A stretch of DNA of 37,452 nucleotides. It comes from Candidatus Thorarchaeota archaeon. GTDB taxonomy: Archaea; Asgardarchaeota; Thorarchaeia; Thorarchaeales; Thorarchaeaceae. The DNA lies in the NCBI GenBank assembly GCA_011364905.1, contig RDNZ01000027.1, positions 1-37,452 of the forward strand. The letters run 5' to 3'. Shown one piece after another: positions 8,287-17,593 of this stretch (within the stretch, counting starts at the first letter, position 1; each line of letters opens with the position of its first letter). The translations under genes and the position numbers were made by a program. Below the pieces are notes generated by a model that was not told the origin of the DNA, ran no database searches, and saw only the letters and a program-made list of their open reading frames with translations.

Positions 8287-8584
8287 CTCAATTCACCTCA
8301 GGTTTTACACTAGCATCTTAGACTCGTAGCATTTTTCCAGACAACTGCATCGTCGGGAGTCCACTAGCAGATTGTAACACTTTCTGCAGTCCCTATAATA
8401 GCAGTTTAGTTCAGCGTAACGTCTTACGAAATCGGGGATTCAGTCTCGTTCATTGCAAAATAGAGCACAATCAGGGATTGTAGTTATGAAGAAATCGAAC
8501 CTGAAAGACTGAGGCATATCTTCAGATGTAAACCCAACGATGCACATAAAGGGAAGAACACGAAGACACATGCGGCGACATCAA

Positions 8585-9043
8585 ATGAAGAAAGTGATAA
8601 TCGTCTATGAGAGCGTCTATGGGAACACGAAGATGATTGCGGAGTCCATTTGTGTGGGCATGAATAAAGTGGAGGGTGTGGAGTGTGGTGTCAAAAAGAC
8701 TGGAGAACTACACACCGACGACCTCTGCGAGTTTGATGCCATCGTGTTTGGATGTCCCAACCATGATCAAGAACCAGCGCTCAATATCATTAAATTCATA
8801 GATAGAGCATCTATAGTCCATTTGAAAGCAAAGATAGGGGCTGCTTTTGATACATATACTGGTGGAAACAAGGATGTTGCAGTCACCAAACTAAAAGCCA
8901 AAATTCAAGAGAAGATCCCAGGAATCGAGTTGATTGATACGCTGTCCGCTAAGGTCAAAGGGCGTAAAGGGCCGCTAGCAGACAATGAGGAATCGAAAGC
9001 TCTAGACTTTGGTGCCCGGTTTGCTAAGAGGCTGATTGAGTAG
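8585..9043 (+). CDS. Flavodoxin-domain protein
   Basis: IVYESVYGNTKMIAE FMN loop, DAIVFGCP, GAAFDTY; start set at MKKVIIVY. Confidence 0.88.
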   Translation: MKKVIIVYESVYGNTKMIAESICVGMNKVEGVECGVKKTGELHTDDLCEFDAIVFGCPNHDQEPALNIIKFIDRASIVHLKAKIGAAFDTYTGGNKDVAVTKLKAKIQEKIPGIELIDTLSAKVKGRKGPLADNEESKALDFGARFAKRLIE

Positions 9044-9127
9044 CCTCAATTGTGTGGCCTGACAACAATTACATAAGCATCTGTGTGCAGTGGGTTCTGA
9101 ATTTACATATATTAGGAGGTAGATATT

Positions 9128-9727
9128 ATGCAGTGGAAGAAAATTCTATTCGCAGTAGTAATTGGTTTAATCTTGTTCTTCACTGAGATGTTATTTGGAT
9201 GGATATCAGCTTTCCTTGGTGGAATTTGGACGCTATTCATCATAGTCCTCATAGTTGGGATCCTAGCAGGCGACATCTCAGGAGGATTCGTTGCAGCGTT
9301 ACTAACAGAATTGATAGGTGTCGGAACAATAGCTATAATTCCAGGGTTCTTTTTCCCGGAGATTACTATCACAGCAACTGACATTCTTGGCCGTATGTGG
9401 CTCGTCATGTCGCTGTCAATCTCACATAGTTTGAGATTTCCAGATGAGCCAGTTCCATGGATTGAGGCCATAGTCCTCGTGGTATTATTGGTCTTGCTTG
9501 CGCCTATCGTATACGCTATGTCCCTGATTTTCGCTCTCATTGGTGGCTTAATTGGGAGGTCCATCTACCCGAGGGTGTTCAAACCGAAAGGAGCTCCAAC
9601 ACCTTCACCTTCTCAAGAGCCTCAACCATCGGTCATGCCTCCACCGCAGGAAACACCTATGGAGGATACCTCTGCTCCTGAGGAGGAATCATCGGCACCA
9701 GATTCTGAAGCCTCTGAGTCAGAATAA
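9128..9727 (+). CDS. Multi-TM membrane protein with Pro/Ser/Glu-rich C-terminal tail
   Basis: SD AGGAGGT; several hydrophobic segments; low-complexity acidic tail. Confidence 0.85.
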   Translation: MQWKKILFAVVIGLILFFTEMLFGWISAFLGGIWTLFIIVLIVGILAGDISGGFVAALLTELIGVGTIAIIPGFFFPEITITATDILGRMWLVMSLSISHSLRFPDEPVPWIEAIVLVVLLVLLAPIVYAMSLIFALIGGLIGRSIYPRVFKPKGAPTPSPSQEPQPSVMPPPQETPMEDTSAPEEESSAPDSEASESE

Positions 9728-9739
9728 AAACAGTTATAA

Positions 9740-9785
9740 CATATTATTTACTAATATATAATATGCCACAGACCGCTTGCGGTCT
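9740..9785. promoter_or_regulatory. AT-rich palindrome plus G(CUUG)C tetraloop hairpin upstream of the thioredoxin-like gene
   Basis: CATATTAT-N10-ATAATATG (9740-9765); AGACCG-CTTG-CGGTCT (9770-9785). Confidence 0.4.
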
Positions 9786-9855
9786 AAGCTGCCCCAGATT
9801 TCAGCACGCAATTGTGTCAGCTGATTGGTCTGGAGAACATTAAAGAGACAGAACG

Positions 9856-10188
9856 ATGAATGCTGAAGCGATATCTGTGACAGGCACAGAAACAAAGACA
9901 GCATGCGGAAAATGCAGCTGCATAATCATGTATACCTCTGAATTCTGTGTGTTCTGTGACGCTGCAGAAGAGATACTCATAGAAGCTCTCACCAACTTTG
10001 GTGTTCCCCGAAGTGCCATTCGACAGGTCGACATCGAAACCGAGGAGAGTTGTGGATGTAAGACCGATGATGTGACGATGCTACCTACTATCAAGGTCTG
10101 TGACAAGCATATCACGGGACTACCAGAGGAGCAGTCCATGCACGATGCGGTCATGCAGGCAGTGATGAAGGACTGTTTTTGTGAGTAG
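9856..10188 (+). CDS. Cys-rich thioredoxin/glutaredoxin-fold protein
   Basis: YTSEFCVFC active-site-like motif, VDIE, cis-Pro motif LPTI, ITGLP. Confidence 0.75.
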   Translation: MNAEAISVTGTETKTACGKCSCIIMYTSEFCVFCDAAEEILIEALTNFGVPRSAIRQVDIETEESCGCKTDDVTMLPTIKVCDKHITGLPEEQSMHDAVMQAVMKDCFCE

Positions 10189-10190
10189 CA

Positions 10191-10646
10191 TCAAAAATCG
10201 AGCTGGATTGTTTCCCAGCGTACTCTACCCTGTTCTACAGCTTCTTTGATCTTTCGTTCAGTACGATTGAGTTTGGCATTGCCTGTTTTGATGTCTGCAA
10301 GTATTACCGTAATGGGTTCGTCAGAGTTCATATCCTTGACTGCAGTGTATCCGTCGAAGATGAGATAATCAATGGGAGCTCCGATGAATCGAGCATCTGA
10401 AGGATCATATTTGAAGACCTCTCTGTACAATGGAACCATGTGTTCAGCAATCTTGCCCTTCAATACAAAGCGGCTTCTGTCTGCAGCATCTTTCCGGATT
10501 GCAGACTCTTGTTCTGCCCAGGTCAGACGAAATTCCTTCTCAACCATTTCAATCCTATGACGGAGCTGAATCTTCATTACTAAGTAGACAAGCACCACCA
10601 GGATCAACCCTATAGAGAACCCAATTAGAGTATCTGTAAATGCCAT
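10191..10646 (-). CDS. Membrane-anchored Holliday junction resolvase-like endonuclease (Endonuc_Holl family)
   Basis: N-terminal TM and coiled coil, RSR.VLKGKIAEH, DARFIGAPIDYLIFDG, DIKTG.A.L...E..IK.AV..GRV.W. The start could also be ATG 10670. Confidence 0.85.
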   Translation of the reverse strand: MAFTDTLIGFSIGLILVVLVYLVMKIQLRHRIEMVEKEFRLTWAEQESAIRKDAADRSRFVLKGKIAEHMVPLYREVFKYDPSDARFIGAPIDYLIFDGYTAVKDMNSDEPITVILADIKTGNAKLNRTERKIKEAVEQGRVRWETIQLDF

Positions 10647-10832
10647 AGATTGGATACTGACAGATTGCATATATTCTCAAGTAATCGAGGGATATTCGCT
10701 AGAGATTACAAATCCATGTTGGAAGTGATAGGTTATGTTGGTCGCTAACTGAAGGCTTATCCCAGTATTGATAGTAGATTCAATGCCCTTCAGAGTGCAC
10801 GGCGTCGATAAACTAACGTTTGGTGTTGTATC

Positions 10833-11240
10833 ATGCGGAATCAAACAAAGCTCATCTCCTTTGGAGTCTTGCTCATGATACTTCTTTCTACTGCCATTAT
10901 CCTTGCTGTCTATGCTGATAGAGAAGGGCCATCAATCTATCAGATAGAGGTACTCCCCGTAGATCCAACCCCGGGAAACACCATCAGTGTCATAGCTTAT
11001 GCATCTGACATCTCAGGAGTTTCTAGTGCACAACTTAGTTACTCAGTGAATGGAACAATCTGGGAGGTGCAAGATATGAGCTTCATAGCATGTCTTTGTG
11101 CCACAGGTGGTCGTTGGGTTGGCTCCTTTGGCCCTATTGCCGGGAACAGCATAGTGATGTTTTATGTCACGTTATATGATAATTCGCCAACATCGAATCC
11201 CTCATCCTCGCAGACGTTCTCATTGGAAATCAATGCATAG
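10833..11240 (+). CDS. Secreted or membrane-anchored beta-sandwich (Ig-like) hypothetical protein
   Basis: Signal/TM segment, then D.SGVSSA.L.YSVNG..W pattern typical of archaeal surface Ig-like domains. Confidence 0.7.
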   Translation: MRNQTKLISFGVLLMILLSTAIILAVYADREGPSIYQIEVLPVDPTPGNTISVIAYASDISGVSSAQLSYSVNGTIWEVQDMSFIACLCATGGRWVGSFGPIAGNSIVMFYVTLYDNSPTSNPSSSQTFSLEINA

Positions 11241-11317
11241 AAACACTTTGAAGATAGTAAGATTTGTTTAAGACTGACTCCTAAACGAGTTCGATTCAGG
11301 GAAAGTGGTGGGCCACT

Positions 11318-12367
11318 ATGACTGAGGAAACACTAGACCTCCTAAAGACCTTATCAGCAACCCCAGGGCCGGTTGGAAGAGAAAAAATGGTCCAAGATAT
11401 AATCAAAGACCACTTCAAGGACTATTGTGGCAGTTTCACACAGGATCGGCTTGGGAACGTGGTTGGAACTCTAGAAGGTGGAATCAAGAAGCACTATGCA
11501 GTGGTAGCACATGCGGATGAGGTGGGATTCCTCGTGAGCCATATTGATGAGAACGGTTTCATACGTGTGAAGTGGAACACACAGGGACACATGCCCGATC
11601 TTCGTCTTTTGCCAGGTCAATGGGTCCTCATCTTGACTGAAAAGGGATTGATACCCGGTGTTTTCTGTGTGACAACTGCTCATCTAGCAGGGCCAGAGGG
11701 AAAAAACCGAATCCCCACATATGAAGAAGTCTTCTTGGACACTGGAGCTCAGAGCGCCGCAGACATTGAAGAATTAGGCATCAACATAGGAGACCCCGTG
11801 ATCTATGCTGCGCCTGTAGAGAGGCTCTTGAATAATCATGTTTCTGGGAAATCGATGGATGACAGAGTAGGGCTAGTTGTCATGTTACGTGTCCTACAGC
11901 ATCTATCCAAGATACCCAAGACAAGAAGACCAACCGTGACATTCGTTTCTACAGTAATGGAGGAGATGGGAGCAAAGGGAGCTGCTGTAGTGGCAAAGGA
12001 CCTTGACCTTGATGCAGTTTTTGTTTTGGATATCGGTCTTGCTGATGATCATCCTGGAACAAAGGGAGAAACTGGAATTTCCCTCGGAAAAGGGCCAATT
12101 GTCGTCATTAAGGACAGTGCTTTACACTACTCGCACGAGCTTGTTCAAAGCGTCATCAAAACCGCAACAAAGGAAGAGATACCGATTCAGCGAGCGGTCT
12201 TCCACTCATACGTGACAGATGGCGTTCAATTTGCGTCTCAAGGTCAGATTGTTGCAGTCCTAGCAATCCCTTGCAGATATTCACACTCAAGTTTCGAAAC
12301 TGTGAACCTCTTGGATATTGATATGACGATACATCTGTTGATGAAGATACTTGAAGCTAGTTCATAG
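11318..12367 (+). CDS. M42 family metalloaminopeptidase (TET/Frv-like)
   Basis: AHADEVG, KSMDDRVG, MEEMG..GA, LDIG, RYSHS..E metal-ligand motifs. Confidence 0.93.
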   Translation: MTEETLDLLKTLSATPGPVGREKMVQDIIKDHFKDYCGSFTQDRLGNVVGTLEGGIKKHYAVVAHADEVGFLVSHIDENGFIRVKWNTQGHMPDLRLLPGQWVLILTEKGLIPGVFCVTTAHLAGPEGKNRIPTYEEVFLDTGAQSAADIEELGINIGDPVIYAAPVERLLNNHVSGKSMDDRVGLVVMLRVLQHLSKIPKTRRPTVTFVSTVMEEMGAKGAAVVAKDLDLDAVFVLDIGLADDHPGTKGETGISLGKGPIVVIKDSALHYSHELVQSVIKTATKEEIPIQRAVFHSYVTDGVQFASQGQIVAVLAIPCRYSHSSFETVNLLDIDMTIHLLMKILEASS

Positions 12368-12371
12368 TAGA

Positions 12372-12761
12372 CTAACTAGAAACTGGTTCAACTCTTACTT
12401 TCATGCTCTCACGTGAAACTACTGTAACCGCCGTTCCTTTACTGATTGGACCCACATCGCAACGTGCTTCCCATATCTCGGCACCAACACGTATCTTTCC
12501 AGACCTCTGTGTCACATCCTCAAGCACGGTTCCGGTCATACCCTGCAATTCATAGAACGGTCTGGCAATATCCAGTAGAGAGGGATAGACAAGATAGTAT
12601 TTAGCAGCAACAAATACTGAGGCACCGATAATAAGTAGGATTGTTACTGATATGAACCATTCCGGTTTGAGTACATATACTATGTACATAGCAATAGGCA
12701 CAAGGATTAATTCATCAATTGTGATTGCTATGAACTTGGTTAGAGGAGAGAAACTTACCAC
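12372..12761 (-). CDS. NfeD-like protein (two TM plus C-terminal OB fold)
   Basis: G..G.V......GKIRVGAEIWEA......I.KG..V.VV C-terminal motif; GTG 12761 preferred over TTG 12935. Confidence 0.8.
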   Translation of the reverse strand: MVSFSPLTKFIAITIDELILVPIAMYIVYVLKPEWFISVTILLIIGASVFVAAKYYLVYPSLLDIARPFYELQGMTGTVLEDVTQRSGKIRVGAEIWEARCDVGPISKGTAVTVVSRESMKVRVEPVSS

Positions 12762-13016
12762 ATTTTCACGTCCGACCTGATTTCGAGCTTCTATTAATTT
12801 GAGAAGAAAAAAAGGTTTGCAATAAATAAGGCGCTTCCAAGTGTGAAACAGACAAGACCATTGAAAAGGAAAACAAATCGCCGCCATCGCAGTGACCAAT
12901 TCTTGAAGACGGAAACAATCCAGAAATTGAAACAATATAGAAGAAAAATAGATTTGCGTTGTTAGATTTGTCCATATGCAGTATGAACAATTGGCTATCT
13001 AGTAGGTGCTCGCTCT

Positions 13017-13856
13017 ATGAATATCAGACCAATGTTGAAGCAGGACATTGATTTTGCGCTGCACCTGACGTCCTGTGAAGGCTGGGGAAGTATCGCACTT
13101 GACTTCGAGGAGCTTCTAGCTTTCGACTCGGAGAGTTGTTTCATTTTAGAGATTAATGAGGAATCCGTGGGCATGATTTGCACAATACCGTACGATGGGT
13201 TTGGTTTTATCAGCAATCTCATAGTTCTGAAAGAACACAGAAACAGGGGGCTTGGGGCAATACTGATGAAACATGCTCTCGGACATCTTGAAGGGAGAGG
13301 TGCAAGGTCGCACCTGCTTGATGGAGTTTTGAAGGCTGTACCCCTGTATGAAAGATTCGGATTTGAGAGAAGATACAAATCCTTGCGCCTTGAGGGACGT
13401 GTTGCACCAAGAATATCCGATGACATTCGAGAAATGGTGAATGCAGACCTGAATGATATTAACGGGTTTGATGCCAAGTTTTTTGGAGCATCTCGAAAAG
13501 ACTTCCTTGAGTCTAGACTCAAACACTTTCCTAGCCTCTGCAAAGTCCTAGAAATTGATGGATACATTGAAGGATACATCATGGGTAGTGAGAGACGCGG
13601 ATTCATTAGAATAGGCCCCTGGGTAATGAAGACCCACTCTGAACGCGCTGAAGCACTCTTACAGGATTTTTCTTCGGAGTGTGAAGAGATGCCATTGCGG
13701 ATAGGGATTCTAGAGAATAATGAAGGAGCACTCCATATACTGCAGAAACACGGATTCGCTCAGAAAAGTTATTCTTGGAGAATGATAAGAGGAGTCAGAG
13801 GTAGCTGGACCTTCTCGGATCATCTCTATGCAATACATTCCGCGGCACGTGGCTAG
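13017..13856 (+). CDS. Tandem-GNAT N-acetyltransferase
   Basis: V..EHRNRGLG..LM, AVPLYERFGF; second domain with IGPW and LQKHGF. Confidence 0.9.
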   Translation: MNIRPMLKQDIDFALHLTSCEGWGSIALDFEELLAFDSESCFILEINEESVGMICTIPYDGFGFISNLIVLKEHRNRGLGAILMKHALGHLEGRGARSHLLDGVLKAVPLYERFGFERRYKSLRLEGRVAPRISDDIREMVNADLNDINGFDAKFFGASRKDFLESRLKHFPSLCKVLEIDGYIEGYIMGSERRGFIRIGPWVMKTHSERAEALLQDFSSECEEMPLRIGILENNEGALHILQKHGFAQKSYSWRMIRGVRGSWTFSDHLYAIHSAARG

Positions 13857-13874
13857 ACAAAGGCATCTGGTTGA

Positions 13875-15044
13875 TTATTGTCTACGACGTTGTTTGATTT
13901 GCTCCAGTTTCTGACTGAAGTCTATTCGTGCGACCCTATCGGCTATGAACGGGGACAGCAGCGTGAAGACGAGTGCAAACGATCCAATCACGGTTAGATC
14001 CACAATTATCGTCCCGTAGCTGCCCTCAACAAACATGCGAATTAAACTACGGTATACATTTGATATTGGGAGGTACTCATTGAAGGCACCGAAGGTTACC
14101 CCCACAAGCTCAAGAGGAGCAATACCACCTCCAACTATCCAATAGAAGATTCCACTCAGGGCAGCCAAGGGTACTATGAAAACTGAGTTACGAAAGACTG
14201 TACCAAGTATAAGGCCAATACCTGAGCAAAAGAGGGCCAATAGGAGAGTGAGAATCATGAAACTCAGAATATCACCTTTAGGCCATCCTCCAAATAGAAT
14301 AAAACCTAGACCAATAATGATTGGAGGAGCAATGTAACTTATGGCTACTCCGCTCAACATTTTTCCAAGAAACACTGAGTGGGGAGACTGATTTGACAGA
14401 TTGAGCTCGTCCCAAGTCTCCTGCTCAAACTCTTGGGTCATTGCGGACCCGGCACCAAAAATCGAGCCAACCATAATGGCATAGATTGAAATTGTCCATG
14501 CCATATATGCCAATCTGGGGGGAGTGAAGGAACGAAGATTCTCAACCTCGAAAGTCACCTTTGTATCTTGGCTGAGATACCTCTGATAGAATATGTCGAG
14601 CTTGCGAATCACTGGCATTCTGAGGTTCTTGGTGAGGTCCTCGTGAATATTAGCCACCTGAATGTGAATGGATGTAGACTCGTTGTTAGAGATTGCATGT
14701 TCGAACCCGGATGGTATTGTAATCACGAGAAGAATGCCCCCATTATCAAAGAGGCGTGATGCAGTGTCTGCGTCCATCACGATGGGAACAAGTCTAGGAG
14801 GAATTGGGTCATATTCTTCAAGAATTTCAATGAATGCGTTTGTATAAACACCTGGATTCTGCTCCTCAACTACAAGGGCAACTTCAACTCCAGCCCCATA
14901 GTAGACACCGCCCATCAACAGAGTGAAAGCAGCAAAGAACATCACGGGTAGGAGAACAACAAGCGAGAGCTTTCGTTTGTTTCTCTTCCACACCCGCATC
15001 TCTTTGGTGAAACTAGCCCTGACAACTCTCAGTGATAGGTTCAC
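13875..15044 (-). CDS. ABC-2 type transporter permease
   Basis: TM1, large extracellular loop, then EFE..TW.EL motif and further TMs. The GTG overlaps the upstream TGA (GTGA) and follows SD GGAGGT. Confidence 0.9.
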   Translation of the reverse strand: MNLSLRVVRASFTKEMRVWKRNKRKLSLVVLLPVMFFAAFTLLMGGVYYGAGVEVALVVEEQNPGVYTNAFIEILEEYDPIPPRLVPIVMDADTASRLFDNGGILLVITIPSGFEHAISNNESTSIHIQVANIHEDLTKNLRMPVIRKLDIFYQRYLSQDTKVTFEVENLRSFTPPRLAYMAWTISIYAIMVGSIFGAGSAMTQEFEQETWDELNLSNQSPHSVFLGKMLSGVAISYIAPPIIIGLGFILFGGWPKGDILSFMILTLLLALFCSGIGLILGTVFRNSVFIVPLAALSGIFYWIVGGGIAPLELVGVTFGAFNEYLPISNVYRSLIRMFVEGSYGTIIVDLTVIGSFALVFTLLSPFIADRVARIDFSQKLEQIKQRRRQ

Positions 15045-16174
15045 GAGCGCTCGACCTCCTTTTTCATAAGTCGAGCCGCAAAAGCTGTCAGTACTATCCA
15101 AGTTCCTAGTAGGAATAACATGCTTGGCCAGAGACCAAGAAGCGTATCCGAGAAGAAAATGCGAGTCCAGAGACCAATTGAGTGTGTGGTTGGGATGGCA
15201 AGGAGAACAATTCTAAATGAAAGAGGTGCAAGCCCAATGGGTGCGAGTCCACCACCTGCAAGAAAGCCCACAACTGTCAGTAAAACAGATCCAAGCAGCG
15301 ATTGTTCCCTATCTCTTGCCTTCATACCTATCAATTCACCAAGAGGGGCAAGAGCCAGAATTGTAAGAAGAAGAATTCCGAAAACCAAGAGAGGGTTTCC
15401 TTTTGGGAAGACATTCAAACTCAGGGTGATGATTGGTGCTGAGATCAGCAGAACTAGGAGGGAACGGGGGATAGCTGCAATGGTTCTTCCAATTATAATG
15501 GCAAGTCTTGATGCAGGGGAATTCAGCAACTCATGGATTGCTCCAGTTTCAAACTCGGTGGCTGTCAGCATAGCTTGACTCGCAATGGTGCAAGTCATCA
15601 GAGATAAGAGAATTCCAACAGCGGCCATATACTCGAGGTTTGATGGTGTCATAGGAAGAAATAGTGTTTCATTAATTGCTACCCGAGCATTAGACTGATT
15701 GAAATCAGGAGACAGGGCGCCTTGATTGTACAAAAGCACAGCAACCTCAATTCGATGAACATAGTTCTTCACAACGTCATCATTAGCATTGTTGATGAAC
15801 AACACTACCATTCCTTTTTGTCCTGAACTTATATTCGCTCCAAATCCTTCAGGAATAAGTATGTAACCAATAAGATGTGTGGACTGATAGAGCTCTGATG
15901 CAGTTTCCAAATCGTATCGTTCAATATTGAACCAAGTGTGATTGGTTGTTGAAACCATATTCTCAATAATACCGGCCATGTCATTTGCTTCAGGAGAGAG
16001 GTCCTGAACAACTAGACCACAAGCAAAAGACTCGCCTCCACCAACAGAGGTCCACATTATTGAATAGACTAGGAGAAAAGCAAATGGGATGATGAGGCTA
16101 GGAGCGAGGAATCTAGGATCTCGCTTGGCTTGCTTCAAATCTTTCTTTACGATGGCTGCAATCTCACGTAGCAT
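15041..16174 (-). CDS. ABC-2 type transporter permease
   Basis: AIVKKDL....RD, IP.GF, EFETGAI.ELL.SP.SR..II.G motifs. Confidence 0.9.
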   Translation of the reverse strand: MLREIAAIVKKDLKQAKRDPRFLAPSLIIPFAFLLVYSIMWTSVGGGESFACGLVVQDLSPEANDMAGIIENMVSTTNHTWFNIERYDLETASELYQSTHLIGYILIPEGFGANISSGQKGMVVLFINNANDDVVKNYVHRIEVAVLLYNQGALSPDFNQSNARVAINETLFLPMTPSNLEYMAAVGILLSLMTCTIASQAMLTATEFETGAIHELLNSPASRLAIIIGRTIAAIPRSLLVLLISAPIITLSLNVFPKGNPLLVFGILLLTILALAPLGELIGMKARDREQSLLGSVLLTVVGFLAGGGLAPIGLAPLSFRIVLLAIPTTHSIGLWTRIFFSDTLLGLWPSMLFLLGTWIVLTAFAARLMKKEVERS

Positions 16175-16175
16175 G

Positions 16176-17138
16176 TCAATCCCTCAAGGTCGAGCCTGTG
16201 ATAGCTAAAAACACGTCACCAAGCGATGGTTCTCTCATGGAAGCCTGCTTCACGACGAGATCATTTTCAGAAAGTCGGTTAATCACGAGTGGCAAGTCAG
16301 AAGGGCCAGCCTGACTTCGAATCCAAGCTGTACGGGGACCTCCATTTAATGGTTCAGAAACTTTCTCGACATCTAGTTTGATTTTTTCTGTCAGCCATTC
16401 CGATCCGTGAGCAGATTCCAGTCCTTCAATCAAAACCTCGATTAAATAGTCTCCAATATATTCACGTTTCAAATCAACGGGTGATCCTGTTGCAACAAGC
16501 CTACCATTATCAATCACGATAACTCTGTCAGCCAATGCCTCAGCCTCATCCATATAGTTTGTACAAAAGAGCACTGTGCGACCCTCCTTCTTCATTTTCC
16601 GCACCTGATTCCAAATCAGGTTTCGACTCTGAACATCAACGCCAAGAGACATCTCATCTAAGATTAGAAGTTTTGAATCGTGAAGTATAGACCGCACTAG
16701 AGCAAGCCGTCGCTTCATCCCTCCAGAGTATGTCTTCACAAGGTCATCCTTTCGATGAGTGAGTCCAGCTAACTCAAGCATCTTTTTGATGCGCTCGCTC
16801 ACCTCGGATTTTGAAACTCCATACAGCTCTGCATGATACTCTAGCGATTCATACGCTGTCAAATCCTGATAGAGTGCTGTTTCCTGAGGCATGAATCCAA
16901 TGAGTCTTCGCACTGCATCAAGACTCTGTGACACTTCTTGTCCTGCAACCCTCACACTGCCTGATGTCGGTCTCAGAATACCTGTGATTAGTTTCACAGT
17001 GGTGGACTTCCCAGCTCCATTAGGTCCTAGAAGACCAACAATCTCTCCCTCTCCGACAGAAAAAGAGAGACCTTCCAACGCCTTATGACCGCCCCTGTAG
17101 ATGTGTGTGAGATTCGACACTTCGACTATTGAGGCCAG
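16176..17138 (-). CDS. ABC exporter ATP-binding protein (DrrA-like); probable CTG start
   Basis: Walker A GPNGAGKS, YSGGM signature, LLILDE Walker B, C-terminal PSL.DVFLAITG..LRD. SD GGGTGA lies 5 nt upstream of CTG 17138. Confidence 0.93.
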   Translation of the reverse strand: MASIVEVSNLTHIYRGGHKALEGLSFSVGEGEIVGLLGPNGAGKSTTVKLITGILRPTSGSVRVAGQEVSQSLDAVRRLIGFMPQETALYQDLTAYESLEYHAELYGVSKSEVSERIKKMLELAGLTHRKDDLVKTYSGGMKRRLALVRSILHDSKLLILDEMSLGVDVQSRNLIWNQVRKMKKEGRTVLFCTNYMDEAEALADRVIVIDNGRLVATGSPVDLKREYIGDYLIEVLIEGLESAHGSEWLTEKIKLDVEKVSEPLNGGPRTAWIRSQAGPSDLPLVINRLSENDLVVKQASMREPSLGDVFLAITGSTLRD

Positions 17139-17180
17139 TTGATTCACCCAAGTACTAATAGCTATTCTACAACATAGATT

Positions 17181-17205
17181 TGTTGTCACGAGAGGAGTAA
17201 CAACA
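17181..17205. promoter_or_regulatory. Putative TrmB-family operator, copy 1 (upstream of the ABC operon)
   Basis: TGTTGTCAC-N7-GTAACAACA, one mismatch from a perfect palindrome. Confidence 0.55.
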
Positions 17206-17244
17206 CATACTTCTTTATGACGACATGTCTGAATCTAGTTCATT

Positions 17245-17520
17245 ATGTCGCTGGAGTTCCTGACCCGTCCAGATGTGAGATCCATCCTGTTCGAGCTGAT
17301 GTGGGGAGACAGGTTTGAAAAGGACTTAGAAACCAGGAAGGCATCTGGCATGGAGTTCAAGGAAATAAGGGACCGGCTTCTCCAGGGAGATATAGTCTAT
17401 CAATTTTCAGGCGAGAATGGGTCGCCGTATCTTTCGCTAACTGACAAAGGTGTCGCAATCGTCAACAAGCTCTATGAGGTTGAGAGAATACTCGAAGGAG
17501 AAGATATCGACACAGATTAG
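17245..17520 (+). CDS. Small winged-helix-like protein
   Basis: C-terminal YLSLTDKG..IV..L motif typical of MarR/HxlR/ArnR-type wings. Confidence 0.7.
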   Translation: MSLEFLTRPDVRSILFELMWGDRFEKDLETRKASGMEFKEIRDRLLQGDIVYQFSGENGSPYLSLTDKGVAIVNKLYEVERILEGEDIDTD

Positions 17521-17528
17521 TCAAAACC

Positions 17529-17547
17529 TGTCACTCCTAAAGTGACA
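17529..17547. promoter_or_regulatory. Putative TrmB-family operator, copy 2 (upstream of the TrmB-family gene)
   Basis: Perfect palindrome TGTCACT-CCTAA-AGTGACA directly 5' of TATA-like TTTAAA (17553-17558). Confidence 0.6.
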
Positions 17548-17593
17548 AGAGGTTTAAAGTTCCATTGTGCATACATGTAACCTTGGAACTGAA

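Noticed and set aside
8300-8580. Intergenic region with short inverted repeats (TCAGTCT/AGACTGA, ACAATC/GATTGT) and a Cys-rich minus frame interrupted by TGA
   Set aside because: Stems are short and discontinuous, and the frame has no SD or motif; not distinguishable from background.
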